Part shown: in pieces, positions 39,041-52,530 of the stretch | Layout of the letters: each line of letters starts with the position of its first letter | Numbering within the stretch: position 1 is the first letter of the stretch | Notes under the pieces: generated by a model | What the model saw: only the letters and a program-made list of their open reading frames with translations | Told to the model about the DNA's origin: nothing | Databases searched by the model: none | Source of the DNA: Isurus oxyrinchus | Lineage: Eukaryota | DNA length: 64,000 nucleotides | Direction: 5' to 3' | Assembly (NCBI GenBank): GCA_026770705.1 | Contig: JANJGN010000152.1 | Span: forward strand, 310,001 to 374,000 | Made by a program: the position numbers and the translations under genes

Positions 39041-40510
39041 AGAATCATACAGTGCAGAAGAGGCCCTTTGGCCCATCAAGTCTGCACCGACACGTGAGAA
39101 ACACCTGACCTACCTACCTAATCCCATTTATCAGCACTTGGCCCATTGCCTTGAATGTTATGACGTGCCAAGTGCTCATCCGGGTACTTTTTAAAGGATG
39201 TTAGGCAACCTGCCTCCACCACCCTCCCAGGCAACGCATTCCAGACCGTCACCACCCTCTGGGTAAAAATGTTTTTCTTCACATTCCCCCTAGACCTCCT
39301 GCCCCTCACCTTGAACTTATGTCCCCTCGTGACAGACCCGTGAACTAAGGGGAACAGCTGCTCCCTATCCACCCTGTCCGTGTCCCTCATAATCTTGTAC
39401 ACTCGATAGGGTGGCCCCTCAGTCTTCTCTGCTCCAACGAAAACAACCCAAGTCTATCCAACCTCTCTTCATAACTTAAATGTTTCATCCTAGGCAACAT
39501 CCTGGTGAATCTCTTCTGCACCCCGTCCAGTGCAATCAGATCCTTCCTATAATGTGGCAACCAGAACTGCACACAGCTGTGGCCTCACTAAGGTTCTATA
39601 CAACTCCAACATGACCTCCCTACTTTTGTAATCTATGCCTCGATTGATGAAGGCAAGCGTCCCATATGCCTTTTTCACCATCCCACTAACATGCCCCTGT
39701 GCCTTCAAAGATCTATGGACACACATGCCAAGGTCCCTTTGTTCCTCAGAACTTCCTAGTGTGACGAAGTTCATTGAATACTTCTTTGTGAAATTACTCC
39801 TTCCAAAGTGTATCACCTCGCACTTTTCAGGGTTAAATTCCATCTGCCACTTATCTGCCCATTTGACCATCCCGTCTATATCTTCCTGTAGTCCAAGACA
39901 CTCAACCTCACTTTTAACCACCCAGCCAATCTTTGTGTCATCCACAAACTTACTAAACTTACCCCCTACATAGTCATCTATGTCATTTATATAAATCATG
40001 AATAATAGGGGACCCAGCACAGATCCCTGTGATACGCCACTGGACCTTGGCTTCCAGTCACTAAAGCATCCTTCTGTCATCACCATTTGTCTCCTACAAC
40101 TAAGCCAATTTTGAATCCACCTTATCAAATTACCCTGTATCCTATGTGTATTTGCCTTCTTTATAAGTCTCCCATGTGGAACCTTGTCAAAGGTGTTGCT
40201 GAAATCCATATAAACTGCATCAACTACACTACCCTCATTGACACACCTGGACACCTCCTCAAAAAATTCAATCAAATTTGTTTGACATGACGTCCCTCTG
40301 ACAAAGCCATGCTAACTATCCCTGATCAAACCTTGCCTCTCCACGTAGAGATAGGCACTCTCCTCCAGAGCTTTCTCCAATAGTTTCCCTACCACTGACG
40401 TGATATTCACTAGCCTGTATTTCCCTGGCTTATCTCTACAACCCTTCTTATATAGCGGAACCACATTAGCTGTTCTCCAGTCCTCTGGCACCACCCCCGT
40501 GGCCATACTT
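39040..40510 (-). mobile_element. CR1 LINE (young family), 5'-truncated
   Basis: VPEDWRTANVVP, DFSNTFDKVPH, GVSQGSVLGP, FVDDTK, RPQL. Same 3' tail as 17420 and 28260. Confidence 0.95.
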
Positions 40511-40519
40511 AAGTTTCTT

Positions 40520-41705
40520 AGTTAACTATGGATTGTGCATCCTTCTCATAGAGTCATTCTTTGTCAATGGAATACATTGTTGTTCAGAGTTATGAATTAA
40601 ATATCTGCCACTCCCGATCTACAGCCTTATCTTTCAACATATTGTTCCGGTCCACTGCAGCCAACCTCTGAGTTCATCCCTTTATCGTTGCCTTTATTTA
40701 ACTTTAAGACCCAGTTTCAGACCTAGAGGTTCCTCATCGTCAAATTGAATGTAACATTCTTTCATGTTATGATCACTCTTGACTAGATGATGTTTTAGTA
40801 TGAAATCATTCCTAATTCTGCCTCATTACACATTTACTTGCCTGTTTCCTCATTAGTTCTAGAATATATTTTTGGATTAAACTGTCCTGATTATATTCAA
40901 TGAACTCATCCTCCGCCAATTCGCTTTGTCCAATTTATAAGCAAATTTACACTTACTCATGATTATTGAAGTACTTTTCTCACAAGTCCCCATGTTTTCT
41001 TCTGTTACTATCAATCCTACCACATCACTACTGTTCGATGACATATAAAATACTCCCAACAGTGGCTTCTTGGTCTCACTTGTATTATCTCCAAACAAGC
41101 TGATTCCACATCTTCATCTTCTGAGCCAAGATAATTTCTCATGACTGTGCTGATTTCAGCCTTTATTACTATACCTAACCCGTGACTTTTTCATTTTGTT
41201 CTATCCTTCAGAAATGTCAAATACTCCTGAATATTCAGTCCCCTGCCTTAAGAATGTTGCATACACATCCCTGTATTGGCTGTGATATCATACACCTTTA
41301 TTTCTAATTGTTCCATCAATTCATACATCTTGTTACAAATGCTGAAGCATTCAGATAAAGAGCTTTTAAATCTGTCTTTCTGTCAGTTTTCCCTACTCTG
41401 ACCCTGCTTGCTGTTGCACTCTTATATTTTATCATTCTGTTCCTTCCTATCACACTCTGGTTATCATTACCCATATTGCTAGCCTGCACTATTGCCTTGT
41501 CCTTTCCCGTCAACTTTCTAACTTTCCCTTCATCCCAAACCTGCCCCCTCCTCCACTATTTAGTTTAGAGCCCACTCTACAGCCCTATCTATGTGATTCA
41601 CCTGGGCACTGATCCCAGTGTGGTTCAAGTGAAGGCCACCCCAATGCTATGGTTCCCTCTTTCCCCATTGTTGGTGCTAGTGGCCCATGAATCAAAATCC
41701 ATTTC
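40520..41705 (-). mobile_element. Older CR1 LINE 5' part (ORF1 end and APE endonuclease), degenerate
   Basis: Minus strand LKALYLNAS.., LLGVFYMSSNSS (APE-like), and a SDHN-like motif. Confidence 0.6.
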
Positions 41706-41709
41706 TACC

Positions 41710-41990
41710 AACTGAGGGAGGGTCTGTACTGAGGGAGCGCTGCACTGTTGGAGAGTAAGCACTGAGGGAGCACTGCACTATCAGAGACGCAGAAGTGAGG
41801 GAGAGCTGCACTTTTGAAGAGTCAGTAATGAGGGAGTGCTGCACTGTCGGAAGGTCAGTACCAATGGGGAGCTGCACTGTTGGAGAGTCAGTAATGAGGG
41901 CGTGCTGCACTGTCAGAGTGTCAGTACTAAGGGAGTGCTGCACTGTCGGAGGGTGAGCACTGAGGGACTGCTGCACTGTTGAACACAGGT
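41710..41990. repeat. 33-bp minisatellite (gagggagtgctgcactgtcggagggtcagtact)
   Basis: About 8 tandem diverged units, followed by a SINE-like body to about 42275. Confidence 0.85.
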
Positions 41991-42889
41991 GAGACGTTAA
42001 ACCACCACTTCGTTTGCTTTCTCTGGTGGATATAAAAGATCCCATGGCCGCTATTTGGAAGCCAAGAGGAGAAAGTTCTCCCCAGTGTCCTGGGGCCAAT
42101 ATTTATCTCTCTTCCAATGATCTGGGTCATTATCACGTTGCTCTTTGTGGGAGCTTGCTGTGCACAAAATGGCGTCTCATTACAACAGGGACAACATTTG
42201 AACAAGTGATATAATTGGCTGTGATGTTCTTTGGGACGTTCTTAAGCTGTGAAAGGCGCTAGAGAAATGCAATACCTTCTATGGCTCTAGGACTGAGAGC
42301 TGGGTATTTCTGCTCTCGTCCGGGATCACTGGGTCTAAAAGTTGTCCCCCTTGCTAATTACCTGCCTAAGATTAGCTAAGCTGTAACTAATTACTTCATC
42401 TGCTTGAAGGGGAAAATACTTGCAGGGCTGTGGGGGGAAGAGCAGGGGGGACAGTTGGACTAATTGGATAGATCTTTCAAAGAGACTGCACAGGCACGGT
42501 GGGCCGAATGGCCTCCTCCTGTGCTATAAATCTCATAAATTTGGTGGCATCCCTTCGTTGCAGGAAACCAATGGATTAAACAGATAAATGGTAAGGTGAA
42601 ACACGGTGAGACCCAGTGGTAGTCGACAGACACTTAGTGAATTTAATATTCTCTCTCCTTGTTAAATGTTTAATTCTGGCTGGACTTAGATTTCTCATTA
42701 AACCCTTACCTGCTGCTAAGAGGCGAGTGATGGATCCCCCAGGCGGGATCCCTCAACTCTTAAACCCCTCCCCAGGACTGCAATGGTTAGCGGGGGGAAT
42801 TAATTTCTGGTCTGTTGAGTTGTAATCCGATTGGGTGTCTGGCTTATTGTGAGAGAACATCAAACTGACAGGGAGAGGGATGATGTTGA

Positions 42890-43088
42890 NNNNNNNNNNN
42901 NNNNNNNNNNNNNNNNNNNNNNNNNNNNNNNNNNNNNNNNNNNNNNNNNNNNNNNNNNNNNNNNNNNNNNNNNNNNNNNNNNNNNNNNNNNNNNNNNNNN
43001 NNNNNNNNNNNNNNNNNNNNNNNNNNNNNNNNNNNNNNNNNNNNNNNNNNNNNNNNNNNNNNNNNNNNNNNNNNNNNNNNNNNNNNNN
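42890..43088. other. Assembly gap (199 N)
   Basis: Run of N. Confidence 1.
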
Positions 43089-43329
43089 AGAGTTCGGTAC
43101 AGGCAGCACCAGTGCAGCCCTGAATGATCGAGAACATCTCTCTCTGCCGGAGTGAGACTGTCCGCTATGTGGATGCTGCAGGGAAGGAAGATTGGAAGGA
43201 CACTTGCAATGAGGAACTCGGTCTCTGGACGGAGCGGAAGTGAATGTGCTATCCAATTTTCAACACCAAATTATCAAGGGGAGAAAACAGGAATGAAACA
43301 CCAGCAGCGAAAGGTTGGTGATGCAGGTT

Positions 43330-44590
43330 GATAGAGACATTTAGAAGAGCAATAAACACTTGGTTTCATTTCTAGAGGGTGAGCATAGAAAAACAGAGGT
43401 TTTGTTCTACCCTGTATCAAGAGATGGGAGCACTGTGCACGGTTCTGGCCTCCATATTATAAAAAAGGATATAGAGGCACCAGAGAAGATGCAAAACAAA
43501 TAAGATTTACAAGGATGATTCCAGATCTGAGAGGTTATAACCATCAGGAAAAACTGAACAGGCTGAGGCTCTTTTCTTCAGAAAAGAGAAGGCTGAGAGG
43601 ATGACCTGATCATGGTCCCTAACATGATGAAAGGGTTTCGAGCGGGTAGCCATAGAGAAGATGTGGAGGAGACCAGAACTGGACTGTGGGTATAGGGATG
43701 GTTAGTGGTTATCAATATAAGATAGTCATTAATAAATCCAAAGGGGAATTCAGGACAATTTACCCAGAGAGTGGGAAGAATGTGGAACACGCTCCCATAG
43801 GGAGTGGTCGAGGTGTATAGCATTTAAGGGAAAGAGTTAGGGGTGGGGGTGGTGGTAGTGGGACTAACCCGATCGCTCGTCAGAAGTTCTGGCACGGACT
43901 CGATGGGCTGAATGGTCTCCTTCAGTGCTGCACAATTGGGTGAACGGGAGCAAACTTTCAGCCAAGCTTTCTTTCTATATCCAAACTGGTTGGGTTAAGA
44001 CCTGTCAAAACCTAATTGTACCACCCTGTGATAACCCACTCCCTCTCGAAGGTGCCGCACTGCCTCCCTTGTGGGGGACGGGGGACAGCTTTGGGGAAAT
44101 CAGTACGGGGCTGGGAAATGGCTGCTGGTGCCCTCCTGCCACACTTGGTAAAGCCTGGCACCTTCACAGTCAGTTATTTGAACTGTAAATGGTTGGGCAT
44201 TGATATCGTGACACCTTCCCTACAACCATCAGGGTTGTCGCTCGAGTAAACAAGGAGAAACTGTTTCCAGTGGCAGGAGGGTCGGTGAACAGAGGGAGAC
44301 AGATTGAAGTGAATCGGGAAAAAAACCAGAGGGGGAGATGAGGGGATTTTTTTTTCTACACAGCGAGTTGTTGTGATCTGGGAAGTGCTGCCTGAAAGGG
44401 CGGTGGAAGCAGATTCAACAGGAACTTTCAAAACGGGAATTGAATAAATAGTAGAAGGGGAAATTGTGGCAGGACTATGGGGGAAAGAGCGACGTGGGGA
44501 AAGTGGGACTAATTGGATAGATCTTTCAGAGAGTCGGCACAGGCACAATGGGCTGAATGGCCTCTTCCTGTGTTGTAAGATTTTATGAAT
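43330..44590 (+). mobile_element. Degenerate CR1 LINE 3' fragments
   Basis: EHCARFWPPYYKK-like segment, agaaggctgagaggatgacctgat, and CR1 3' UTR-like tails. Confidence 0.65.
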
Positions 44591-44689
44591 CATTTATTTC
44601 TGCCCACACACTGGATTGTGCACCCTCCACCGTCACTAACTAGCACGTTTGCTTGTTTTTGTCAGTTTTATTCTGTTCTCTGTCATACC

Positions 44690-45340
44690 CGCCTCCCTCT
44701 CCTGCTCTTCAATTTTCCCTCTCCTCCTCTCCCGCTCTCCCACTCCCCCCGTTCTCTCTCTCCTGCCCTCCCGCTCTCCCACTTCCCCTGGTCTCTCTCT
44801 GCTTCTCTTCCACTTTCCCACTCCCCCTGGTCTCCCTCTCCTTCCCACCCTCTCTCCCATTCTCAGCGGTCTCTTTTTCTCTCCTTCTCTCCCACTCCCA
44901 CTCCCTGGTCTCCTTCCCTTTCTTTCTGCTCTCCCACTCCCCTGGTCTCTCTGTCTCCTTCCCTCCTGGTCTCCCTCTCCTTCCCTCCCACTGTCCCACT
45001 ACACCAGTCTCCCTCTCCTTCTCTCCTGCTATCCCACACCCCCGCTGTCTCCTCCTCTCCTGCTCTCCCATTTTTCCCGGTCTCTCTCTCCTGCTCTCCC
45101 GTTCTCCCCGGTCTCTCCTTCCCTCCCACTCTCCCACTCCCCATGGTGTCTCTCTCCTCTCCCGCTCTCCCATTCTCTCTGGTCTCTCTCTCTCTCCTTC
45201 TCTCCCACTCTCCCACTCTCCCTGGTCTCTCTCTCGTTCTCTCCCACACTCCCATTCTACATGGTTTCTCCCTCCTTGTCTTCTGCTCTCCCGTTCTCTC
45301 CAGTCTCTTTCTCCTTCTCTCCCGCTCTCCCACTCCCCAG
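44690..45340. repeat. Pyrimidine-rich low-complexity tandem repeat (ctctcccactcccc(t)ggtctc), continuing at about 46400-46900
   Basis: C/T-skewed reiterated units that generate spurious Ser/Pro/Leu ORFs. Confidence 0.9.
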
Positions 45341-45344
45341 TTAG

Positions 45345-46390
45345 GGGAGGCGATGATGCAGTGATATTGTCGCCTGACTAGTCATCCAGAGACCCAGGGT
45401 AATGCTTTGGGGGCCCGGGTTCGAATGGTTGTGGGTTCAGATAGTGGAATTTGAATTTAGTAAAAATCTGGAATTAAAAGTCGTATGATAACCATGAAAT
45501 CATTGCCGATTGTTGTAAAAACCGACCTGGTTCACTAATGCCCCTTTAGGGAGGGAAATCTGTCATCCTTACTTGGTCTGGCCTTCATGTGACCCCAAAC
45601 CCTCAGCAAAGTGGTTGACTCCTAACTGCCCTCTGAAATGCCGAGCTGCCACTCAAAACCGCTATAACGTCTCGACAAAGGAACGAAACTGGATGGGCCA
45701 TCTGGCATCGACATAGGCACCGGAAATTACAACAGCAATCTCAGCCCCATCGACCCTAAGTCCTCCTTAATAACACCTGGAGGAACCATATAAATACTGT
45801 GGCTACAAGAGCAGGTCAAAGGCTAGTAATCCTGCGACGAGTAACCCACCTCCTGACTCTCTAAAGCCTGTCCATCATCTACAAGGCACAAGTCAGGAGT
45901 ATGATGGAATACTCCTCACTTGCCTGGATGAGTGCAGCTCCCTCAACACTCAAGAAGCTGGACAACGTCCAGGACAAAGCAGCCCACTTGATTGGCAACC
46001 CATCCACAAACATTCACGCCCTCCACCACCAACACACAGTCACTGAAGTGTGTACCATCTACAAGATGCACTGCAGGTATTCACCAAGACTCCTTTGACA
46101 GTATCTTCCAAACCTACGACCACTACCATCTAGAAGGACATGGGCAGCAGATAGATGGGAACACCACCACCCAGAATTTACCCTCCAAGTCACTCACATC
46201 CTGACTTGGAAATATATCGGCCGTTCCTTCACTGTCACTGGGTCAAAATCCTGGAACCCCCTCCCTAACAGCACTGTGGATGTATCTGCACCACAGGGAC
46301 TGCAGCGGTTCAAGAAGGCAGCTCACCACCACCTTCTCAAGGGCAATTAGGGCTGGGCAATAAATGCTGGCTCATATCCCATAAATGAAT
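45345..46390 (+). mobile_element. SINE head (45345-45650) followed by a LINE 3' fragment
   Basis: B-box GGTTCGAAT at about 45417 and the shared SINE body, then MMEYSSLAWMSAAPSTLKKLD from the LINE. Confidence 0.75.
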
Positions 46391-46904
46391 TTTTTAAAAA
46401 AGTCTCTCTCTCCTTCTCTCCTGCTCTCTCATTCCCCAAGGTCTCCTTCTCCGTCTCTCCAGCTCTCTCATTTCCCCTGGTCTCCCTCTCCTTCTCTCCC
46501 TGTCCCACTCACCCTGCCTCCTGCTCTCTCTCTCCCCCTTTCCCTTTCTTCCATCCCCATTCATCATCACCCTTTCTCGCTCTCTCTCTCTCCCTCGCTC
46601 TCCTCTAACCTGTTCTTCCTCTCTACCTCAATCTCTCTCTTTCTCCCCTCTCTCCCCCCCCCCCAACCCCCTTCCATCTGCCTCTCTCTGTCTCTCTCTT
46701 CCCCTCTCTGTCTCCTTCCCTCTCTTTCACTCTTCACCCCAACCCCCACCCCCTCTCCCTTCGCTTTCTTCCACCCCATCTTTGGAAAATAGAGGGTTTG
46801 AATCCCAACTCTGTCTCTTTCTCTCCCACTCTCCCATTTCTCCTGCTCCCTCTCCTTCTCTCCCGTTCCCCTGGTCTCCTACTCTTTCTCTCCCTCTCCC
46901 TGTT

Positions 46905-47210
46905 TATACAGAGGAAAGTGTCAGGATGAAATCCAGTGTGTTATAGAGAGGAGAGGGTGTCAGGGTGGAATCCAGTGGGTGATGCAGAGGTGAGAGGGTC
47001 GGGTGGAATCCAATGGGTTTTACAGAGGAGAAAGGGTCAGGATTGGATTCAGTGATTTTTACAGAGGAGAGAGGGTCAGGGTGGAACCCAGTGGTTTTTA
47101 CAGAGGAGAAAGGGTCAGGATGGGATCCAGTTGTTTTTACAGAGGGTAGAGGGTCAGGGTAGAATCCAGTGAGTTATACAGGGGAGAAAAGGTTGGATGG
47201 AATCCAGTGG
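46905..47210. repeat. Minisatellite of about 39 bp (tacagaggagagagggtcagggtggaatccagtgggttt)
   Basis: About 8 tandem units. Confidence 0.85.
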
Positions 47211-48571
47211 TTTATTCTTTCCTTCCCTCATATTTTTTCCTCCCTCCCTCCCTCCCTTCCAACAATTTCCACAATTTTTTCCTTCCATTCCTTCATCCTT
47301 CCTTCCTCATGCATTTCCTCCCTCCCCTTCTTTTAACCTCGGAAGAGAGAGGAGGGCACCCGAGGGTTAGCCTGAGGGACAGGATTGGCTGGTTGATACC
47401 CGGTGAGATTGGCCCATGTGGTTTACATTGGGATTGGAGGTCCACTTAGCAGGAAAAGAGGAGATGATTGGACAGTCTTCAAAGAGGTAAGTAGAGAGGA
47501 TGAGGCGGATTTATGTAGGGAAAGAATCTAGAGAGAGAGAGAGGGGAGGAGGCAAAGCAGACTGGCAAGTTTTTGTCCCTGAGTATAATCCTACCTCTGC
47601 AGATCATTATCTATTGATTAATTTAATTCTGTGTGTAGACCAGTCGACACACAATGAATGAGTTAAGTATAGTTTGGGGACCACAATTGTGTAGTTCATA
47701 TCATGGCTGCTGATAGATTTCATATAATTATCTTCTCAAGATATTGTGAACACACATCCCTCATGTGAACTGATTAATGCTTATAAATGGTCTGTGCACA
47801 ATGCTTGACACAGAAGAGGTTTTACTGAATTAATAAATGTCTTAATGTGGCGGTTTTAATGGAATCGGATTAAGTTACCATTGAACATCTGGAGAAAACA
47901 CCTTCACTGACCATAATCCTGTTGAACAAAGCCAATTAGATTGGATTAAGAGGCACTGTTTAAGGGTTGTTTATATGAACACTTTAGAGAACTATTGTTC
48001 GCATTTTAGACCTGCCCATGTCCCAAAGCCTTTTATAACAAATGACGGAAGTACCAAACGCAGGTGCCAAATTGAGCACAGCAAGATCCCGCCAACTTCA
48101 AGGTGGTTAATGACCAGATCATCTGATTTAACCCTCCTTGCGTTCCTCAATCCTGCCCTCTTGAGCATCCCCGATTCCCATCGCTCCACCATTGGCGGCC
48201 GTGCCTTTAGCTGCCTGGGGCCCTAAGCTCTGGAATTCCCTCCCTAAACCTGTCCGACTCTCCCTCTCTCTCTCCTCCTTTAAGATACCCCTTAAAAACT
48301 GACCTCTTTGACTGAGTTATTGGCTGCAATATCTCCTTATGTGACTTGGTGTCAAATGTAATAACGCTGCTATGAAGCACCTTGGGACGCTTTGCCATGC
48401 TAAAGGCACTCGATAAATATAAGTTGTTGTTGCCGCTATTGCTTCCTTTTTACCCTTGGTGCCTGGATCGCCGGTATTGTTGCACCATTTTCCCACTTGG
48501 TTGAAGTTAAATTTTTTGCCTTCTTTTCTCTGCATGCTCCTGAGGAGGTTGGAGTTCAAAGGCCGCGGCCA

Positions 48572-48850
48572 ATGGCTGCTCCAAACATGGCTGCCCTGAA
48601 TGACTCGCAGATGAGGGAGCTGGGGCACTGGAGCGACTCGACCGGTGAGCAGTAGAGGCATCGCTACAATTACTACGTGGCATTGCTCAGCCTCCTGATC
48701 TTCGTGGTGGTGTTTGGCAATGTGCTGGTGTACATGGCAGTGCCCAGCGAGATGGCACTGCAGACCACCACCAACTACCTCATCATCAGCCTGGCTGTGA
48801 CAGACCTACTGGTGGCCATGCTGGTGATGCCCTGGGTCATCTATCTAGAG
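48572..48850 (+). pseudogene. DRD2: Dopamine D2-type receptor pseudogene, coding exon 1 (N-term, TM1, TM2)
   Basis: MAALNDSQ...[71 protein letters not shown] at 48653-48655 and donor mutated to GC. DRD2 versus a D2-like paralog is not resolved. Confidence 0.9.
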
Positions 48851-49229
48851 GCAAAACCGTTAGTTCAGTCCCGCGTATCGATAGGCGGGAGGGCCCCGAA
48901 GGGCGTTGGGCCTCGCAGCTACTGACATCACGCCTCAACGATCCCACCCACCGCCAAAGAGGTCCTATGTCCTTTTCCCACTTCCCTTCCTGGAGCCAGT
49001 CACTTGCGCAGCAGTCACAGCCAGAACAAAGTCTCTCTTCTGGTCATCCATTTCGATACCAGGCGACTGGTGAACAACACAAGACTGAACTTGACCATAT
49101 AGAAACATAGGCCAGGATTTTATGGCCCCTCCTGCCCGGCGGGATATTACGATCCCGCCGAACTAAATGGAGATTTAAATGGCTCACCACTTCCTCTGGG
49201 GGAGAGACACACTGCGGTGGGGCCATAAA

Positions 49230-49790
49230 ATCCTGGCTATAGAAAATAGGAGCAGGAGTAGGTCATTCGGCCCTTGGAGTCTGTTCCACCATTCAATATG
49301 ATCATTGCTGATCCTCTATCTCAATGCCACACTCCCGTGCTCTCCCCACATCCCTTGATGCCTTTGGAGACTAGAAATCCATCTATTTCCTTCTCAAATA
49401 TACTCAGTGACTTCTCTGTGGTAGAGAATTCCACAGATTCACCACCCTCTGAGTGAAGAAGTTTCTCTTCATCTCCTCCCTCTATGGCCTACCCCATATC
49501 CTGAGACTATGATGCCTTGTTCTAGACCACCCCACCAGCCAGAGGAAACGTCATCCCTGCATCCAGTCTGTCCAGCCCTGTCAGAATTTTATACATTTCA
49601 ATGAGATCCCCTCCCATTCTTCTAAACTCCAGTGAATACAGGCCTAGTCAGCCCAATCTCTCCTCATAAGACAATCCTGCCACACCAGTAATCAGCCTGG
49701 TGAACCTTCACTGCACTCCCTCTATGGCAAGTATATCCTTTCTTAGGTAAGGAGACCAAAACTGCACACAATAGGGACAGGAGCAGGCCG
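49230..49790 (-). mobile_element. CR1 LINE 3' fragment
   Basis: Reverse complement of YCVQFWSPYLRKD..LGLYSLEFRR and the 3' UTR. Confidence 0.85.
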
Positions 49791-49876
49791 TTCAGTCCAT
49801 CGAGCCTGTTTCACCATTCGATTGGGTCATCATGAAATGGTCCAGCACAGAAGGAGCCCATTTGGCCCATCAAATG

Positions 49877-50275
49877 GGGAGACAGTGGCATAGTAGCAAT
49901 GTCACTGGGCTAGTAATCTGAAGGCCCAGTCCAACGCTCTGGGGACACGGGTTCAAATCCCTACAAGGCAGCTGGTAGAACTTAAATTCAATTAATAAAT
50001 CAGGAATTGAAAGCCACTCTCAGTCTTGGTGACCATGAAATTATCATCGATTGTCATAAAAACCCAACTAGTTCACTAATGCCCTTTAGGGAAGGAAATC
50101 TGCCGTCCTTACCCAGTCTGGCCTACATGTCACTCCAGATCCACAGCGATATGGTTTACTTTTAATTGCCCTCTGAAATGGCCAAGCAAGCCACTCAGTT
50201 CAGGGGCAATTGGGGATGGGCAACAAATGCTGACCTTGCCAGCGACGCCCACATGCCATGAAAAAGATAAAAAGA
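49877..50275 (+). mobile_element. Near full-length tRNA-derived SINE
   Basis: A-box-like TGGCATAGTAG, B-box GGTTCAAATCC at about 49950, LINE-derived tail gccagcgacgcccacatgccatg and an A-rich end. Confidence 0.8.
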
Positions 50276-52169
50276 AAATTGAGTCTGCTGCAGCTTTTTG
50301 AAAGATCAATCCAATTAGTCCCCACTCTCCCCGGCTCCCCCCACCCCCCCCCACCACCCCCCCCCCCCCCCCCGTCCCCCGCTGCTCTTTCCCCCGTCGC
50401 CCTGAAAATTTCTTCCCTTCCAGTATTTATCCAGTTCCCCCCTTTTGAAAGTCCCTGTTGAATCTACTTCCACCGCCCTTTCAGGCAGTGCCTTCCAGAT
50501 CACAACTCGCTGTGTGATTAAAAGCCGCTCTTCCTCATCTCGCCCCCTGCTGGTGACGCTCACTTGCACCGAAGGCTTATCTGCCTTAGCAAAAACCTTT
50601 CCCACGTTGTCGCGGCCAACCCTCGGCCGCTGAACGATCGTCATGGATGGGGGATAGTATTGCAGCTGTCGGGCACACTTCTGAGTGTTGTGATCCTCCT
50701 AAGAGTGAATCTCGCAATCCCATCTCTCAATTGCTTTCATTACTACTTCAAATAAAGAAAAAACAAACATGAAATCAGCCGGCATAATGAAGCTATTCAG
50801 TGCACAAATGATAAAATATTCATTCATTATCATCCAACTGCTAAATGATTAATTTTGTATAATGTCTCCGCTAGATATCTAATCATACTACTTTCACACA
50901 ATTAAACCTGGAGCAAAATTAGTTTTATAGGAAATGAGAATTACTGTAATATTCTTTGCTGCAGCGCTTGTCAAACTAATTTATACTTCGCACTATCTAC
51001 ATTGTCCACAAGCGTTTAATCTCTTGGAACATTCTTCATCTTGAAATTAACCAAATTAATATTTTCGCCTTTTATATTCTTTTCAATGGAGATGTAATAT
51101 CTCTATGGACCTCAGTGACTTTTGGGGGAAGAAAGTAAATGAGAATTTATGGTCAGGGAGAATTCATTAAAAGGGAATGAATTACTTAAATTAGAATCTA
51201 TAGGCAGGCCAATGCAAATCAGTAAATCAACAATTAAACAGTTAAACCAGATGAACCTTTTACACTCTCGAACTTTGGACACCCTCAGGGTTTGCAATCA
51301 CCAACAAGGTCCTGGGAATTAGATTGGAGTCAGAGGATGGCAATAACATAGATTAAGTGTGCTCTTCAACAGATAGGGGAAGAACAGATGGTCCCAGTTT
51401 AGATAGGAAGGCAGGTCTCTGCCTGGGTGAAAGTAGGGTCAGATGATGCATGTACCAGAGACTTGTCTGTTTAATGTAAACCTATATGTTAACAAGATCG
51501 GAATCTGGAGCATGTTCTTGTATGTGACCAATAATATAAAAATATTAACAGAGCACTGTCTCAAGCTGTATTGAGATGGTGACCTCCTTGCAATTGCTCG
51601 AATGAACGATTGTAACCTGTATCTGAGCCTCCTGTGGTCCGTTCATCCAAGGCACCACATCAGTCACAAATGTATAAAACGACCCAAGTGTTAAGCCAAT
51701 GTTCTCCAAGTTTGATTAATGTAGGTGCAGAATAAATGTTAGTTTCTCAACAGAAGATTGTTAAGATGATGTTATAACACATATTCAATGATTCAAATCA
51801 ACACATTCTCTTAGCATATTCATGTTTAGACTTTGAAAATGTCTAGGCTTTTTCTCTGGCAGGAATTAATAATTGATGTGTCATTTAATGAAAAAGACAA
51901 TGAGTGCAAATCTGTCAACAGCAAAACAGCAGCAGAAAGTTTATAATTTCAACAACAACTTATGATTCTACAGCACATTCAATTTAATGAAGTGTTTCCA
52001 AGATGCCTCACAGGAGTGATTATCAAACAATATTTGACCCCAAGCCACATCAGGAGATATGAGGGATCGGTGACTAAAAGCTCAGTCACACAGTGAGGTT
52101 TTAAGGAACGTCTTAAAGCAGAAGAGAGAGAGAGATAGAAAGAAAGAGAGAGAGAGATAGGAGCTGGAG

Positions 52170-52530
52170 GAAGTTCCAGACATAGGGAGGGTTGTAGGGG
52201 CTGGAGTGAGTTACAGAGATGGGGATCATTGTAGGGACTGGAGGAGGTTACAGAGATACGCAGTGTTGTGTGGGTGGAAGGAGGTTACAGAGATAAGGAG
52301 GGTTGTAGGGGCTGGAGGAGGTTACAGAGATAGGAAGGGTTTTAAGGACTAGAGGAGGTTACAGATATAGGAAAGGTTGTAGGGGCTGGAGGAGGTTACA
52401 GAAATAGGGAGCATTGTAGGGGCTGGAGGAGGTTACAGAGATAGGGAGCGTTGCAGGGGCTGGACGAGTTTACAGAGATAGGGGGAGGGGGCGGGTTGTA
52501 GGGGCTGGAGAAGGTTCCAGAGATAGGGAG
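52170..52530. repeat. Minisatellite of about 37 bp (agagatagggagggttgtaggggctggaggaggttac)
   Basis: About 9 tandem units. Confidence 0.9.

Noticed and set aside
41710-41990. CRISPR-like appearance of regular repeats (also 46905, 52170, 62590)
   Set aside because: Tandem minisatellites without unique spacers in a vertebrate genome; no cas genes.
43089-43250. Coding-looking sequence right after the gap
   Set aside because: No recognisable homology, and stops occur in the frames examined.
44585-46792. Ser/Pro/Leu-rich ORFs up to 259 aa
   Set aside because: Low-complexity pyrimidine repeats.
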